Assembly (NCBI RefSeq): GCF_035594765.1
Contig: NC_085845.1
Location: 197,548,897 to 197,612,896 of the forward strand
DNA length: 64,000 bases
Direction: 5' to 3'
From: Anolis carolinensis
Taxonomy: Eukaryota
Shown: one piece after another, positions 35,879 to 49,800 of the stretch
Numbering within the stretch: the stretch's first letter is position 1
Layout of the letters: the number at the start of each line of letters is the position of its first letter
Translations under genes and position numbers: made by a program
Notes under the pieces: model-generated
Seen by the model: only the letters and a program-made list of their open reading frames with translations
Database searches by the model: none
What the model was told of the DNA's origin: nothing

Positions 35879-36268
35879 CTGAAAATGAAAGCAGGATAAA
35901 AGCACCTGTCATGTCTCATAGTTGATGGTGGTTGGCATCATGCCTAGCAGTTGGTGATGCTGCAAAAGGTATAGAAGGGGTCAATCTCAGTTCTGGATTC
36001 TAAAGATCAGAGTAATCTATCTGTAAGAACTCACAGGTGGCTGCTATTCATGGAGGAGGCTTTCAAGATAGGCTGCAGCTGTGATTAACCTGGGTCGGAT
36101 CGAGCTTCCGACCATTAATAGCCTAGCTCATTGTTGACCAAATCAACTCGAAAGACAGTTGCATCTGCCAAGTAGAAAATTTAGGTACCGCTTTATGCGG
36201 GGAGACTAATTTAACGAATTTACGACACCATAAAAATGTCTAGCAGCGTGCGGAAGAATGAGGAAGTA

Positions 36269-37136
36269 TGTGATGACTCATGGGCCTTGTAGTCCTTTTC
36301 CTAGTACTATTGTGGCAGACGAAGAGGAAAACATGGGGTTTTCGCCGGTTCAGCAAGAGCCGGAGTCTCTTCACCTGCAGGATGTTTATGTTTGCCTTCA
36401 AGAATTCAGCCAAACAGGCCTTGGGCAGAACTCCCCCCCCGTTTCCCAGGAGGGAAAATTATTCTAAAGATAGGGGAGTCAGGGAGGCTAATCGGAGAAG
36501 CCTGAGAATCGCTGCCAAACAAATGGCTGATTAGGTCTGCTTCCCTTGGGAAATTCTAAGGAGTCATGCATCTGGACAGAGTTGGGTTTCGCTTCTCGTT
36601 CTCTAGGGAAAGAGTTCTGTTGGCGGGAAAACGAGACCCAATATAGGTGTTTGGCGCGAGGGATTCTTTGCGGAGTCAATTGATCAGCTTGAGGAGAGAG
36701 ATCGTGTGTGGACTTCGTAATCCCAGTTCCTTGCTTCCCGGATCAAGCTTCAAGCTTTGCCCTGTCTCACGGTTCTACCACGGACTCTGTTTCATGCTTC
36801 ATGTTTGCCTCATCTTCAGTCACGGATCTAGCCAAGAATCAAGTTTATTTCCAGCCTTGTTGTCAAGCTTCATTGGACTTTAAAGACTCTGTTATTTCCC
36901 CACACTATTGCTTGGCAAAGTGTGTGTTTCGGTCAAGTGGATTAAAACTTTGAACTCTAATATTTTATATTGGACAATACATTTCTGGACTATATTTGAC
37001 CTCATCTGAAAGGTCTGCTTCTGAACTATATTCTTCACTTGTTTTTATTGACTTTATATATTTCTTTAATAAAGATATTAGATAGAGACTGGCCTCTGTG
37101 TAAGGTTATTGGTGCTCTGCAGCCAGGGTCCTGACA
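36269..37136 (+). mobile_element. Solo LTR (868 bp, Gypsy/ERV type) inserted in a SINE
   Basis: TG...CA termini, perfect 5-bp TSD AAGTA (36264-36268 and 37137-37141), AATAAA near the 3' end. The host SINE continues on both sides. Confidence 0.9.
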
Positions 37137-38735
37137 AAGTACTCCATCAGGACTCGATGTCACAAGTGGATGGTGAAGTGGCAGCTCCCCCTGTGGCCGG
37201 AATCGAGCCATGGCCCGGGCTGTGGCACAGGCTGTTGAGCAACCAGCTGCAGCCAGCTTCAACAAATCACTCTGACCAAGAGGTCATGAGTTCGAGGCCA
37301 GCTCGGAGCACCGCGTTTGTCTTTGTCTTTGTTCTATGTTAAGGCATTGAATGTTTGCCTTATATGTGTAATGTGATCCACCCTGAGTCCCCTTTGGGGT
37401 GAGAAGGGCGGAATATAAATACGGTAAATAAATAATAAATAAATATCTTCATGAAGCCAGAAGTTGGAAAATGTTAAATTGCCTTTGTGTCTGTGTCTGC
37501 ATGTCACATGTCTAATGGTATTGAATATTTGCCATGTATATGTACATTGTGATCCGCCCTGAGTCCCCTTCGGGGTGAGAAGGGCGGAATATAAATACTG
37601 TAAACACAGTAAGTAAATAATAAATTAACTGCATAAAAAGAGCTAACAGAGACTGCTCTTTGGGAGAAAAGTATTCATCCTAATAGTTCATGGAGGCTGG
37701 TGGTTTTTCCCTGCATTGGTGGATTGTTGGTATCCAGACCTTTATGGTGAATTCCTGAACCTTGTGGAATCCTGAAGACTTTTGTATTGATGAACTTTGT
37801 TGCTATTGTATCCTGTGGTGGACCTTGGTAAACCATGAATCCCTGAACTGACTCTTGGCTACAACTTTTGGATTACCCTTGAACTTTGGCTTCTGTGACT
37901 TGACCGTGGAACTACGACTGTGCTTTAGAGTCTCTTGTTCCTTGGAACATTCCTCTGTGAAATCTTGGCATTTGACCCAAGGACTGAACCTTTTGACTAC
38001 TGTATATTCTTGAATAATGACCCAGTGTTTCTAGTACGCTCCTTCTTCATGATATTTTGCTTTATATCTTGCAGCGGTGAGCTATCTTCAAACATAAAGA
38101 TACTTCCAAACTTGGATCTTGAAAATAAGTAATTTATGTATGTGTTTAAAGTACGTAAAATAGTTTGGGACACAAGCTGGGTTCTTGGTCCAACTCTCCC
38201 TTTGTAACAGCACCAGAAAGTAGAAGAATCAAAGCATCTTAAAGTTGGAAGAAACCCCAAGGGCTATCCAGTTCAACTCTATTTTGCCAGGCACGTAGAC
38301 ACAGTCTAAATACTCCCAACAGATGGCCATCCAGCCACTGCTTATACTTCCAAAGGAGACGGCTGTCAGACTCTCCGGCAGTATATTCCAGTCAAAAAAA
38401 GCTTAGTGTTTAGGTGGGATCTCTTTTCCTGAAGTTTGGAACTGCAGTTCCATGTCTTGAATTCTGGAACAGCAGAAAACAAGCCCACTCCTCAATATGA
38501 TCATCCTTTCAGATATTTAAACATGGCTCTCGCGTCTCCTTTGAGCCTTCTCTTTTCCAAGCTAAACCTAACTGGTTCCTTAAGCCGCTCCTCACAAGTC
38601 TTGGCTTCCAAACCTTTGGTAAACGTAGGGCCTTTTCTCTGGATATCTTCCAACTTATCCATACCTTTCTTGAACTGTGTTGCACAGGACTGGACACAGT
38701 ATTATTCCAGATGAGGTCTGACAAAAGTGGAATTT

Positions 38736-40312
38736 ATTTTATTTTATTTATCGTGTCAGAAGCAAATTGAGAATACAGTTATAATGTACAGAAAAACCAC
38801 AAACAAAGAAAAAAATCTTGGCATTGTGCTAATTTTATTTTGATTCGAAGTTGGCCAATTGAGTGTCTCTGGTGTCGCTATGAGAAGGTCCTTCATTGTG
38901 CATGTGGCAGGGCTCAGACTGCATTGTAGTAAGTGGTCTGTGGTTTGCTCTTCTCCACACTCACATATTGTAGACTCCACTTCGTGGCCCCATTTGGGTC
39001 CGGGCTGTGGCACAGCTGGTTAGTAGCTAACTGCAATAAATCACTATGACCAAGAGGTCATGAGTTCGAAATCAGCCCGTGTTGGATTGAGCACCCGACC
39101 ATTAAAAAAAACTGTCAGTTGTTAACTTAAGCAACCCAAAAGATAGTTGCATTTATCAAGTAGGAAATTTAGGTACCGCTTATGCGGGGGTGGGGGAGGT
39201 AGGGGAGGGTGTTAATTTAACTAATTTACAACACCATAAAAATCATCCAGCAGCATTTGGAATGAGGAAGTATCCATCAAGGACTCGGTGTCGCAGTGGA
39301 TGATGAAGCTGCTGCTCCCCCTGTGGCCAGAATCCAGCATACCCTCAGGAAGCTGGAAGCTGGAGAATGTTAATTTGCCTCTCTGTCTCTGTCTGTATGT
39401 TCATATGGCATTGAATGTTTGCCATGTATGTATACACTGCGATCCACCCTGAGTCCCCTTTGGGGTGAGAAGGGTGGAATATAAATACTGTAAATAAATA
39501 AAATAAATAAATTTCTTAAGGTTGGCTCTGCATCTCGTGGTGCCAGAGCGCAGTCTGTTCAGCATCTTCCAAATCGCCCAGTCTTCTATGTGCCCAAGGA
39601 GAGTCTCTCATCTGGAATCAGCCACTGATTGAGGTTCTGGGTTTTAGCCTGCCACTTTTAGCTTGCTGAGATGTTCCTGTGAGTATCTCTGTAAATCTTA
39701 GGAAGCTGTTTTCTTGATTTAAGGCATTGACATGCTGTCTAATACCCGAACAGGGTATTCGTCCTTTCATTATTGGCTGCTACGTCCCGGCGGATGTCAG
39801 GGAGCAATACCGCTTAAACAGTACAATTTCTCAGCAGCGTAGGGCATAGAACATCCTGTGACAATATGGCATGTCTCATTAAGACTTTTTAATGTGGTGA
39901 GATGTATTCCATACTGAACATGTGTATTCAGCAGCAGAGTAGCAAAGCGCAAGGGCAGATGTCTTCACTGTGTCTGGTTGCGATCCCCAGGTTGTGCCAG
40001 TCAGCTTTCATATGATGTTATTTCTAGCACCCATTTTTGCTTGATATTCAAGCAGTACTTCTTGTCAGTCAGAGCATGATCTATAGTGACTCCCAAGTAC
40101 TGAGTGTGCTGCAATGCTCCAGTGGGTTTCCTTCCCAGATAATCCTCAGAGCTCGAGATGCTTGTCTGTTCTTAAGATGAAAAGCACACATCTGCATTTT
40201 AGATGGATTAGGAATCAGCTTGTTTTCTCTGTAATAGGCAGTAAGAGCACCTAAAGCTTCGGAGAGCTTTTGTTCAACGGTTTCAAAGCTCCCTGCTTCA
40301 GTGGTGTTGGAT
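38736..40312 (-). mobile_element. Vingi (I-group) LINE 3' portion with nested SINE (~38995-39512)
   Basis: C-terminal peptide KWGHEVESTICECGEEQTTDHLLQC and RT remnants; (TAAA)n-like tail. Confidence 0.75.
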
Positions 40313-41039
40313 CGTCAGTGGAATAAAGTGGTAGTATTAGTTGCAGAAGGACTCAATTGGCTCAGTGATAAGAGAGAAGGGGACAGTATACAGATGTACT
40401 AGTTACCACCAAATGCACCAAACTGCTGCACCAGCATTCTTTGGCAGAGAAGGCTGAAGACGTTGTAAAACTACAGCTCCCAGGATTTGACAGCATTCAG
40501 CCCTCTTTCATGGCGCCTCTTTACCTTCACAGGTTGTCCTGAAACTACCAAGATTTCATCTCAGAACTGAAATATGAGTCTCCTGGATGAGTCATTTGAC
40601 TAAACCTGCCCTGTAAAACCCACAATTTGGGGCAGCAAGAGAGCAGTTGGGAAGAATGGCTTCGCAGCATATACGTTTTCAAAGGTCGGTGAGTTTCAAG
40701 ACTAGATGAAACGAGGTTCCGTCTACCGGCTCCTTTAAAAAACCGTTTGAAGTCTTCCTCCAAAGACGTCTGGCTTGAAAAGAAAGTGCAAGTACAAGGA
40801 GTTTTGGTATGATCACACTTCATTCATTTCACGATCTGTGGCCAACATGTGGTTAAACTATTTTCAGTACAGCAGATATGAAACAGTTGACTAGTAAGCT
40901 GGAGAAGGGAGAGAAAAAGTCTTCATAGAATCCTAGAGTTCAAAGGGACCACAAGGGCCATCTAGACCAACCATGTTCTGCAATGAAGAAAGATGCAATT
41001 AAAGCACTCCAGACAGATGGCCATCCAAACTCTGTCTAT

Positions 41040-41332
41040 AGACCACTGAGCTGCAGAACTTGTTGACCAAAACGTGGGCGGTTCGAATCCAGGGAGCAGA
41101 ATGAGCTCCCACTGTTTGCTCCAGCTTCTGCCAACCTAGCAGTTCGAAAATATGCAAATGTGAGTAGATCAATTGGTCCCGCTCCGGTGGGAAGGCAACG
41201 GCACTCCATGTAGTCATGCCAGCCACATAGCCTTGGAGGTGTCTACGGAGAATGCTGGCTCTCTGACTTAGAAATGGAGATGAGCATCATTCCCCAGAGT
41301 CAGACACGACTAGACTCAATGTTACTTTTACC
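41040..41332 (+). mobile_element. Sauria SINE
   Basis: B-box GGTTCGAATCC and BovB-like 3' end GAGTCAGACACGACT. Confidence 0.75.
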
Positions 41333-43349
41333 TAATGCACTCTTACAGTCAAGACATTCTTCCTAATTCAGGTGGAATCTCAATTCTTGTGCTTGAATCC
41401 ATTGGTTTGTGTTCCCTATTCTCTGGAATAGGAGGAAACAAGCTCATGCCCATCTTCTACATGGCATCCTTTTAAATCTTTAAATACAGCTATCATATCA
41501 CCTTTTCGTCTTCCCTAAACTAAAAATGCCCTGGTTTGTAAGGCATTCCTTGCGCAGATACATTTTCATGCCTTTTGATATATTGATCGAGATCTCTCTG
41601 AACATGTTCTAGCTTGTCATTATCCTTCTTGAATTGTGGACATAGTCTTCCATGTGGACATAGTATTATGATTCCACTGCCTTGGCTGCATCCTATAGAA
41701 TTTTGGAATTTGCAGTTCAGCATACTTTCCAACTGTTCTGATATGTCAGAGACAGTACTGATTAAAGCGCTGTTATCCAATTCTCTCAACTGCTTTTAAG
41801 GCATCCTACTTTTTCTCCTCTCCTTCTCCACTTATGGGACAAAGAAAGCATCATTTGGAGACATATACTGTATTTTTTCTAAGTCATGGGTGTGTTACCA
41901 TATATATATACAGTAGAGTCTCGCTTATCCAACGTAAATGGGCCGGCAGAACATTGGATAAGTGAATATGTTGGATAACAAGGAGAGATTAAGGAAAAGC
42001 CTATTAAACATTAAATTAGGTTATGATTTTACAAATTAAGCACCAAAACATCATGTTATACAACAAATTTGACAGAAAAAGTAGTTCAATACACAGTAGT
42101 GCTATGTAGTAATTACTGTATTTACGAATTTATCACCAAAATACCATGATATGTTGAAAATATTGACTACAAAAATGCGTTGGATAATCCAGAACGTTGG
42201 ATAAGCGAGTGTTGGATAAGTGAGACTCTACTGTATATATGAATACAACTTTACCCTTGTTGGTGGCACTGAAATGAGTGTGTATCTTATAATCAACGAC
42301 ATCTCAGAATTGAAGAAATACGGTCAAAGGAATCAACTTTCTATTCCAGGTGCAAATACAGTAGTCTCTCACTTACCCAACATCTGCTTATCCAACATTC
42401 TGGATTATCCAACGCAGTTTGCCGCTCACCCCAACCCACAGCTGTTTCTCTAAACAGCAAGGATTGAACTTTTTATGGATTTAATTTCTGGCAATGTTGC
42501 TACTGTACGTTCATTTTATGCAATTCTATCTTTATTTGTAGCCAATTTGTTAGTAGCCAATGTTATTGTAGTCAATGTTTTCAATACAATAGAGTCTCAC
42601 TTATCCAACATTCGCTTATCCAACATTCCGGATTATCCAAAGCATTTTTGTAGTCAGTGTTTTCAATACATCATGATATTGTGGTGCTAAATTTGTAACT
42701 ACAGTAATTACTACGTAGCATTACTGCATATTGAACTTCTTTTTCTGTCAAATTTGTTGTATAACATGATGTTTTGGTGCTTAATTTGTAAAATTATAAC
42801 GTAATTTGACATTCAATAGGCTTTTCCTTAATCCTTACTTATCATCCAACATTTTCGCTTATCCAACGTTCTGCCAGCCCGTTTATGTTGGATAAGTGAG
42901 ACTCTACTGTACATACATACATCCCTGCATGACAAAATTGTAAACCCAATTAACATCACATTGAAACAATTGTCCATTCACAACAGAAAGTCAGTGATAA
43001 GCATGCAAAAATATTAAATAAAGCACCCACCCAAAAAGTATTCGAAATCTATTTTACAATGAATTGCCCTGAACCACAGCACCAGAAAACAATAGCAGAA
43101 ATGCCTACATAATCCTACAAAGCTACAAATCTGAGCATCCTATAGTTTGGATTCAAAGCAGCATTATGGGACATATGTTGCATGTAGATCTGGAACCAAT
43201 GCCTTCAGAAATGTTATTTAAATGAGGTGGAAATTTGGCTGATTCATCCTTGATAGTTTGTGCTCTTTATGAGTTGTCATTGACACTGGCAGTCCCTCCT
43301 TTCCTTACCATAAATCACCAAACAGCAACCCAAAGATTTTGCTGCTTAC

Positions 43350-43425
43350 CTTTCCCAGCCCCGAATGTGGTCTGGATCGTTCCCCACATCAAGAATAATC
43401 CAAATCCAATGCAGAAGTTGCCCAT
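43350..43425 (-). CDS. IL2RA: IL2RA exon 1, signal peptide
   Basis: MGNFCIGFGLFLMWGTIQTTFGAGK, with LMWG as in the mammalian IL2RA leader. Phase-1 donor AAAG|GTAAGC. ETS site CAGGAAGT ~225 bp upstream. Confidence 0.8.
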
Positions 43426-46400
43426 ATCTTCTCAGTCCTCAAATTTGTAATTTTAGAGAAGAAAAAGACCGAAGACCGGCTTGGGTGACTGCTTGGGTGG
43501 CAACATCTCTCTCTTCTGCAGGACTCCAGGAAGAGCCTTAGATAATCATGATTGCATATTGTCTCGATTTTGATCAGTCTTTCTTGCCACCCCCCACCCC
43601 CCCTCCTTGTGCGGATGAAACTGTTCTCAGGTGTGAGGACTACTCATTCAGGAAGTTAGAGATCCTTTTTAAAAAATGCACCCAAAAAAGTGCCATATAG
43701 ATGAGCTACACTTTGGAGGATGTGGTTTACACCTGCGGCGAACATCCTGTGAGTGACTTTGGCCTACCAAGTGGACACAATTCTAGCAAATGTATGCCCA
43801 GAGCAAGCAAATTCTACCTGTTCCAAAAATGGGACATATAGAATTTTTTTTTTTTTCGTGTCAGGAGCAACCGGAGTTGCTTCTGGAGTGAGAGAATTGG
43901 CCGTCTGCAAGGATGTTGCCCAGGGGACGCCCGGATGTTTTGATGTTTTACCATCCTTGTGGGAGGCTTCTCTCATGTCCCTGCATGGAGCTGGAGCTGA
44001 TAGAGGGAACTCATCCGCACTCTCCACGGATGGGATTCGAACTTGGCAGCCTTCAGGTCAGCAACCCAACCTTCAAGTCACAAGGCTTTTATCCCCTAGG
44101 CCACCGGAGGCTCCTATATATATAGAAATGTTATGCTCAGGTATAAGTCTAGAACTTGTAGTCAAAAAATCAACCCTCAAAACCTGGGTTGATCTATCCA
44201 TGAGTGTTGATAAGTAGTGTACAGGCTGTCCCTGAGTTACAAATATCTGAATTACAAATGACTCCTAATCAAATGTGGGCTAGGCAAAACCATGGTTAGC
44301 TGAATCTGTAATTGGTTAAGTGAACAAACCCAGAGGGTGATTCTCCCCAATGCGCCGTCTTCATCCTGGAAAGAAGTGATGAGTGGAGTGTCATCAGCAA
44401 GGTCCTGTCCTGGGCCTGATTCTGTTCAACCTCTTTATTAATGACTTCAATGAAGGGCTAGAAGACACGATCATCAAGATTGTAGACGACACCAAACTGG
44501 GAGGGAGAGCCAACACTCCAGAAGACAGGAGCAGAATTCAAAACTATCTTAACAGATTAGAGAGATGATTGGCCAAAACTAACAAAATGAACTTCAACAG
44601 GAATAAATGCAAGGAACTCCACTTAGGCAGAAAAAATGAGAAAAAAAGTTGAACAATCAAACAAGATTTTATTTTCTCAAACTCCTTGGCAAACTAGGCA
44701 CAAATTGTTGAGGTTACAAATACAAATAGTCAACTTATAAAACCTTGCAGATGTTCATTTCTTGCCTTTCCCCTTAGTTGCTGGGTTAACTTCTTCCAAA
44801 GGCGAAGATATCATGAGATGCTCTCTACCCTAGCTCTGAGCTGCTATATCAAAAAGAGCAGGTCTTTCACTATCTAAGCTCAAAGCTAGCTTGGAGACGA
44901 AGTGATTAGAGCTTCTTCCAATGGCAAAGAAATCCTGGGATATTCTTTGCCCCAGTGCTGAGTTGCTATCTTGGAAAGAGCAGGTCTTCCCCTATCTGAA
45001 CTCAGCACCAGTTTTATAGGCAAGAGGTCAGTACTTACGATGGCTTGTCTGAGCTGGCCTGGCTTGACCACACAAGCACATCTGAGTTCTTTTCTCTTCT
45101 GTCTAGAAGGCAAAGGGCTTCTCAAAATGGAGATTTCATCCCCAGGAAAAGGGGCTGTCTCCAGAACAAAAGGATACTTTGCAAGCTTTCAGCAGCAAAG
45201 GCCTTGCAGAATGGTTACAAATCTCTGCTAATGGCTAACTGTCAGAGTGCTGCTGAGTCTGCAGCAACCCTGGAAAAAATGCAAAAAGGGTGCTATTCCC
45301 TACAACCATGGAATAATGCAAATCAAACCCCTGGGAGACGGAACATGTTAGCTGCCCCTGATTCATAGCTGGAATTTCTCTGTTTTCAGAGTGTTGTTCC
45401 TTCTGATTATAGTTTTTTTTTAATACTGGTAGCTAAATTTTGTTGATTTTCATGGTTTCCTCCTTTCTGTTGAAATGGTCTGCATGCTTCTTGTGGATTT
45501 CAATGGCTTCTCTGTGTAGTCTGACATGGTGGTTGTGAGTGGTCCAGCATTTCTATGTTCTCAATATGCTGTGTCCAGGTTGGTTCAGCAAGTGTTCAAC
45601 TATGGCTGACTTCTCTGATTGAATCAGTCTGCAGTGCCTGAAATGTGTCTGTATGGTGAATTAATACATGTTTGTGAGTAGATAAGATACGTTATTTTTC
45701 AAAGAAGACTTTGTTTTTTTAATCTCCGAGTGTATTTTAAACTAGGAGGTTTCAAGGGAGTGTATATCTTTTGGGCGAGGTGAGGAATGACCAAAGCAGA
45801 ATAAAGTGGGATGAAACATTATACTCCTGTATACGATCCCAAGTGTTTGGAGCCCAGTAATGTCAGTGGGCAGGATTGTGCTCCTTCCCGCTCTCAGACA
45901 TGGAAGGTACTTAGAATCATAGACCATAGAGCTGGAAGAGACCCCATGGGTCATCCACTCCAACACCATTGTCAAGCAGGCATCAAAGCACTCCCGACAG
46001 ATGGTCACCCACCCTTATGAACCTCCAGAGAATGAGACTCCACCACACTCCATAGCAGCATATTCCATTGTCAAACAGTGAGCACTGAACCAATTGGTAA
46101 ATTGTGAGCACACATATAGGCAAAGCCCGTTGATTCAAGGGTCTACTTTATTTGGCACAAGCATTAGGATTCAGATCCCGGTCTTTGAGGTTTAGAGTCT
46201 ACAATAGAATGGTTTGTGTTTTAATTTTCCTTATTCAGCATGAACAGTCCCAATTAATTCTCTATCATGCTTTGCACCATTTCTAAGAACATTTAATATC
46301 TGTAAAAGTGAAACAGTATGAAACGTGCTTCCTTATTATCCCTATGAAACCCATGGGCTTGCCATAAATTAACAAGACCTGGAGGTACATACACACACAT

Positions 46401-46869
46401 CTTATCCCATCCCATTATTTCACCCTGGTTTTGAATGAGAACTTTATAATTTCACTAAATTTAAATGCAGTTTAATTTTCATCAATAACATTATTAGTAT
46501 TTTACTTTCCCCCTTTTTATAAAACATCTTGATAATGTCTGCTTTATGTGTAATCTGATTCTGTGGTTGAGATGTAACGGCGCTGGTACATGTGCTATTG
46601 CCGATTGCAAGCTGGAGAACTGAAATATACTATCAGATATCTATCATGCAGATTAAGAACATTTGGGCTGGTGGAGATAACACCATGAAACAATCATGAC
46701 AGATATGATAGATGCTAACTGTATTGTGGACAGTAATAATCCCTAACACTTTGGCAATATCCATCGATATCGCTATGTTTATTGTCACCTCTATTTTCTT
46801 TTTCCTTTTCTTGGAAAGAATCTGCTATGTACCTTCCACAATGGCAACATGACACTTCGCTTCCAAGTA

Positions 46870-49800
46870 GTCTTTGTTTTAAATTGCTTTATTTTGTAAA
46901 ATTAACACATTTTTTTAAAAACCCAGAGAGAATGAATACTCTACATGCATAAACCAAGTAAGAAAAGAAAGCCCAAAGAACTCTAGCAGCAAATTCAAAG
47001 ATGAATGGTAAGAAGAGAGCACGATTATTCATACAATGTGCATCTATAAATAAATGGTAAATAATTTGCACATTTTATTCCTTTTTTTCTCTCAGTTAAA
47101 AAGACTATAAAGGAGACACAAAACTAGCTTTCCTATCTAATTTTGCAAGCTTACAACTGACTTTAAAAAAAAGATACTTGGGAGGTTGGAAAACTTGGAA
47201 TACCCTAAAAGCATTCCCAAATTAGCAAATGTTAATTTGCTTTCAAATGAGTTGGTTGAATTGGACAGCTTGAATCCACCTTAATAATAAAGGTGAAAAC
47301 CTGGAGGTCAGCAATTCATAAAGACTGAGGATCCTTTCACCGAGCTGGCTTATTGGCATCAATGAAAAGAGTCAGCCATGATTCAGTTCCTCTGATACCC
47401 ATATGGGCTAACCATATGGATTCAACCATGTATTAATAGCAGCTCCTCTTAATCCTTCACCTTTAATCCATATGGTTTGAATGACACGTCAATATCTAAA
47501 AGTAGATGTTTCAAATTTCTCACATGTCCTTTTCTTGCATTCACACTCAAAAGCATATTAATTCTGGCATTTAAAAAATGTTGGAAGATTCTTATCTTAG
47601 AAAGATGACAACTTCTACTCACTGGATAGAGCAAAATGTCGGAAGCATCTAGGACTCTTTCCCATTCGATACATCTGTACAGCCCAGTTATACGTGTTTT
47701 ATCTGAAAGCAAGTTTTGCAGAATTCAACACAACTTGTTTTCAAGTATACACACATAGCAACTCGGCTTTAGTCTGTTCTAAAGCTAAATCGTATTAAAT
47801 GACCATTTTCTGTAAAATACTATCTTGGTTGGGCAGCCGCTACATTTTGTGATAATGTTATACACAAACGACATAATTATGTACATGAAGTCATGCTATC
47901 TCCTCTGAACTTAAACGAAAGTCCAACTTTCAGTGACAATTTGATAAACTGATATGGCTCCTTCCCATGATTAACCCCCATTTCCTGGATCAGCATCTTT
48001 AACTCTATATAACAGCCCATTTGTACATACTTATGCTATAATGTGCCAAGTAGTGAACTGTGAATTTCTTTGGGCTGTAATGTGTAACTTTCAGGGAAAC
48101 ACATGAAACTACCACTCTGTATGTAAACCTGAAGTGTGAAATATGTAGTTGCTTGCACGATCTATGTTGGCATGTTTCTCTGTGCGAGGCTCTCCTGTCA
48201 GTAGAAATAGCAACCCAGTACGAGATGAAGAAAAACACATCCATGAAACATACCACATACACTTCCAAACACCTCACATACAGGGCATGTGCTCTGTTGC
48301 AAGACGTATAACACATCATCAATCAGGAATATAGGCACATGTATCAATGGCGCTGTATTACATCATGGTTTCCTACCTCAACTAACACACAAGAGTTAGC
48401 AGATAAGCAAAAAAAATTACTAAAAAGCAAACAGGAGCTAGCGAACTACTCATTTGCCTTCATAAATTCTTCTCAAGCGAGACACACAGCTGTATATGGT
48501 TATATTTTAGAGTAAGATAAAAAATATATCAAAATACAGGTATTTTTCGAAGTCTCACAAGGTGGGTTTTTACATAGTAAGTAAAAGATGGTAAGCCAAC
48601 TTTGCTCGTAAAGCTATTATTAAGGCTGCAATCCTTGGTCTGGGTACAAATGCTGAGGAATGAAAAAAACTTCACATCCATATCAGGCTAAAGATGAAAA
48701 ATCGCAGTATTTGTTTGCAAAATTCAGCACAGTTTGCAAGGAATATAGTGAAAGAAAAGGGAAAGGCAGACTGAAATAAAGCAAAGGATGGAGGTGCAGC
48801 CCTACAGAAACTATTAATGGGATTGGATGTAGACGCAACTATACTAAAATCAATGAGACTCAGTCAAAACGCCAATTTTGTACAACTGAGTCTGGTTCCA
48901 ATTTGTGGAACAAATGTTACTCACATATTTTCACTTCCAGTATGACAACTAAAACATATTGTAAATCTCAGCTGTAATATTTCAGAGGATCCAATAGACT
49001 TTCCGTCCTTGACTACATTCATCAATGCCAATAAAACACTTTGGGACTTTTGAACATGGAAGACTTGTTCTACACCATCTCAAAGTTTAATATAAAGACT
49101 AATGGTGAACTTCCCATAACACATACACACCCAATTTCCTTGGTCATTTAAAATGAAAACAGGACAGAAGCAGAATGTTACACATGCTTTTCAAATTGCA
49201 TTAAGAAAGAATAAAGTGACTGGAGAATAATCAAGGCAAATATCCAAAGTGGAGATTTTGGCTTTTCAAGAAAAACAGGAAAGACACAAAGATCCTGCAC
49301 AGCTGCTTGAGGATGCATTAAGAATATTTCAAACAGGACTGACAACTTTCCAAGAAGACTGAACAACCTGGTAAGGAAGTCAAGGAAAAAGAAAACGACA
49401 ATACACATAAACCCTCTTCCCAACCCAGGTTTCTCTTTAGGAAATCATATTACAAAGGTCAAAGCTGAATAAATTTCAAAAATACATGGATACTAAAGTC
49501 CAGTAACTTGAGCCAGCTTTCAAACTGAACCTAGGCAGAAATAGAAACAAAATTTTAGACAAGCCCAAAAGCTGACCACTGAAGCATTATTTGTAAAATC
49601 AATGCTATTTATAGACCATCGAGTATAGCTTTAATGTCAGAGGCCTGCACTTTTTCTGAGAGCTAATATAGCAGGAATAGGGTTTTCTATCCCATATAAG
49701 CCACACAGCAGCTCCCAAAATTCAGCGCTAACTGCAGTACATCTGTCCATTACAGAAGCTGCTTCCTTTATGACAGATACATTGCCTATTGAGCAGGCAT

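Noticed and set aside
40545-40823. 92-aa Cys-containing minus-strand ORF as an extra IL2RA exon
   Set aside because: No sushi pattern or matching phase-1 splice pair, and exon 1 joins exon 2 in frame without it.
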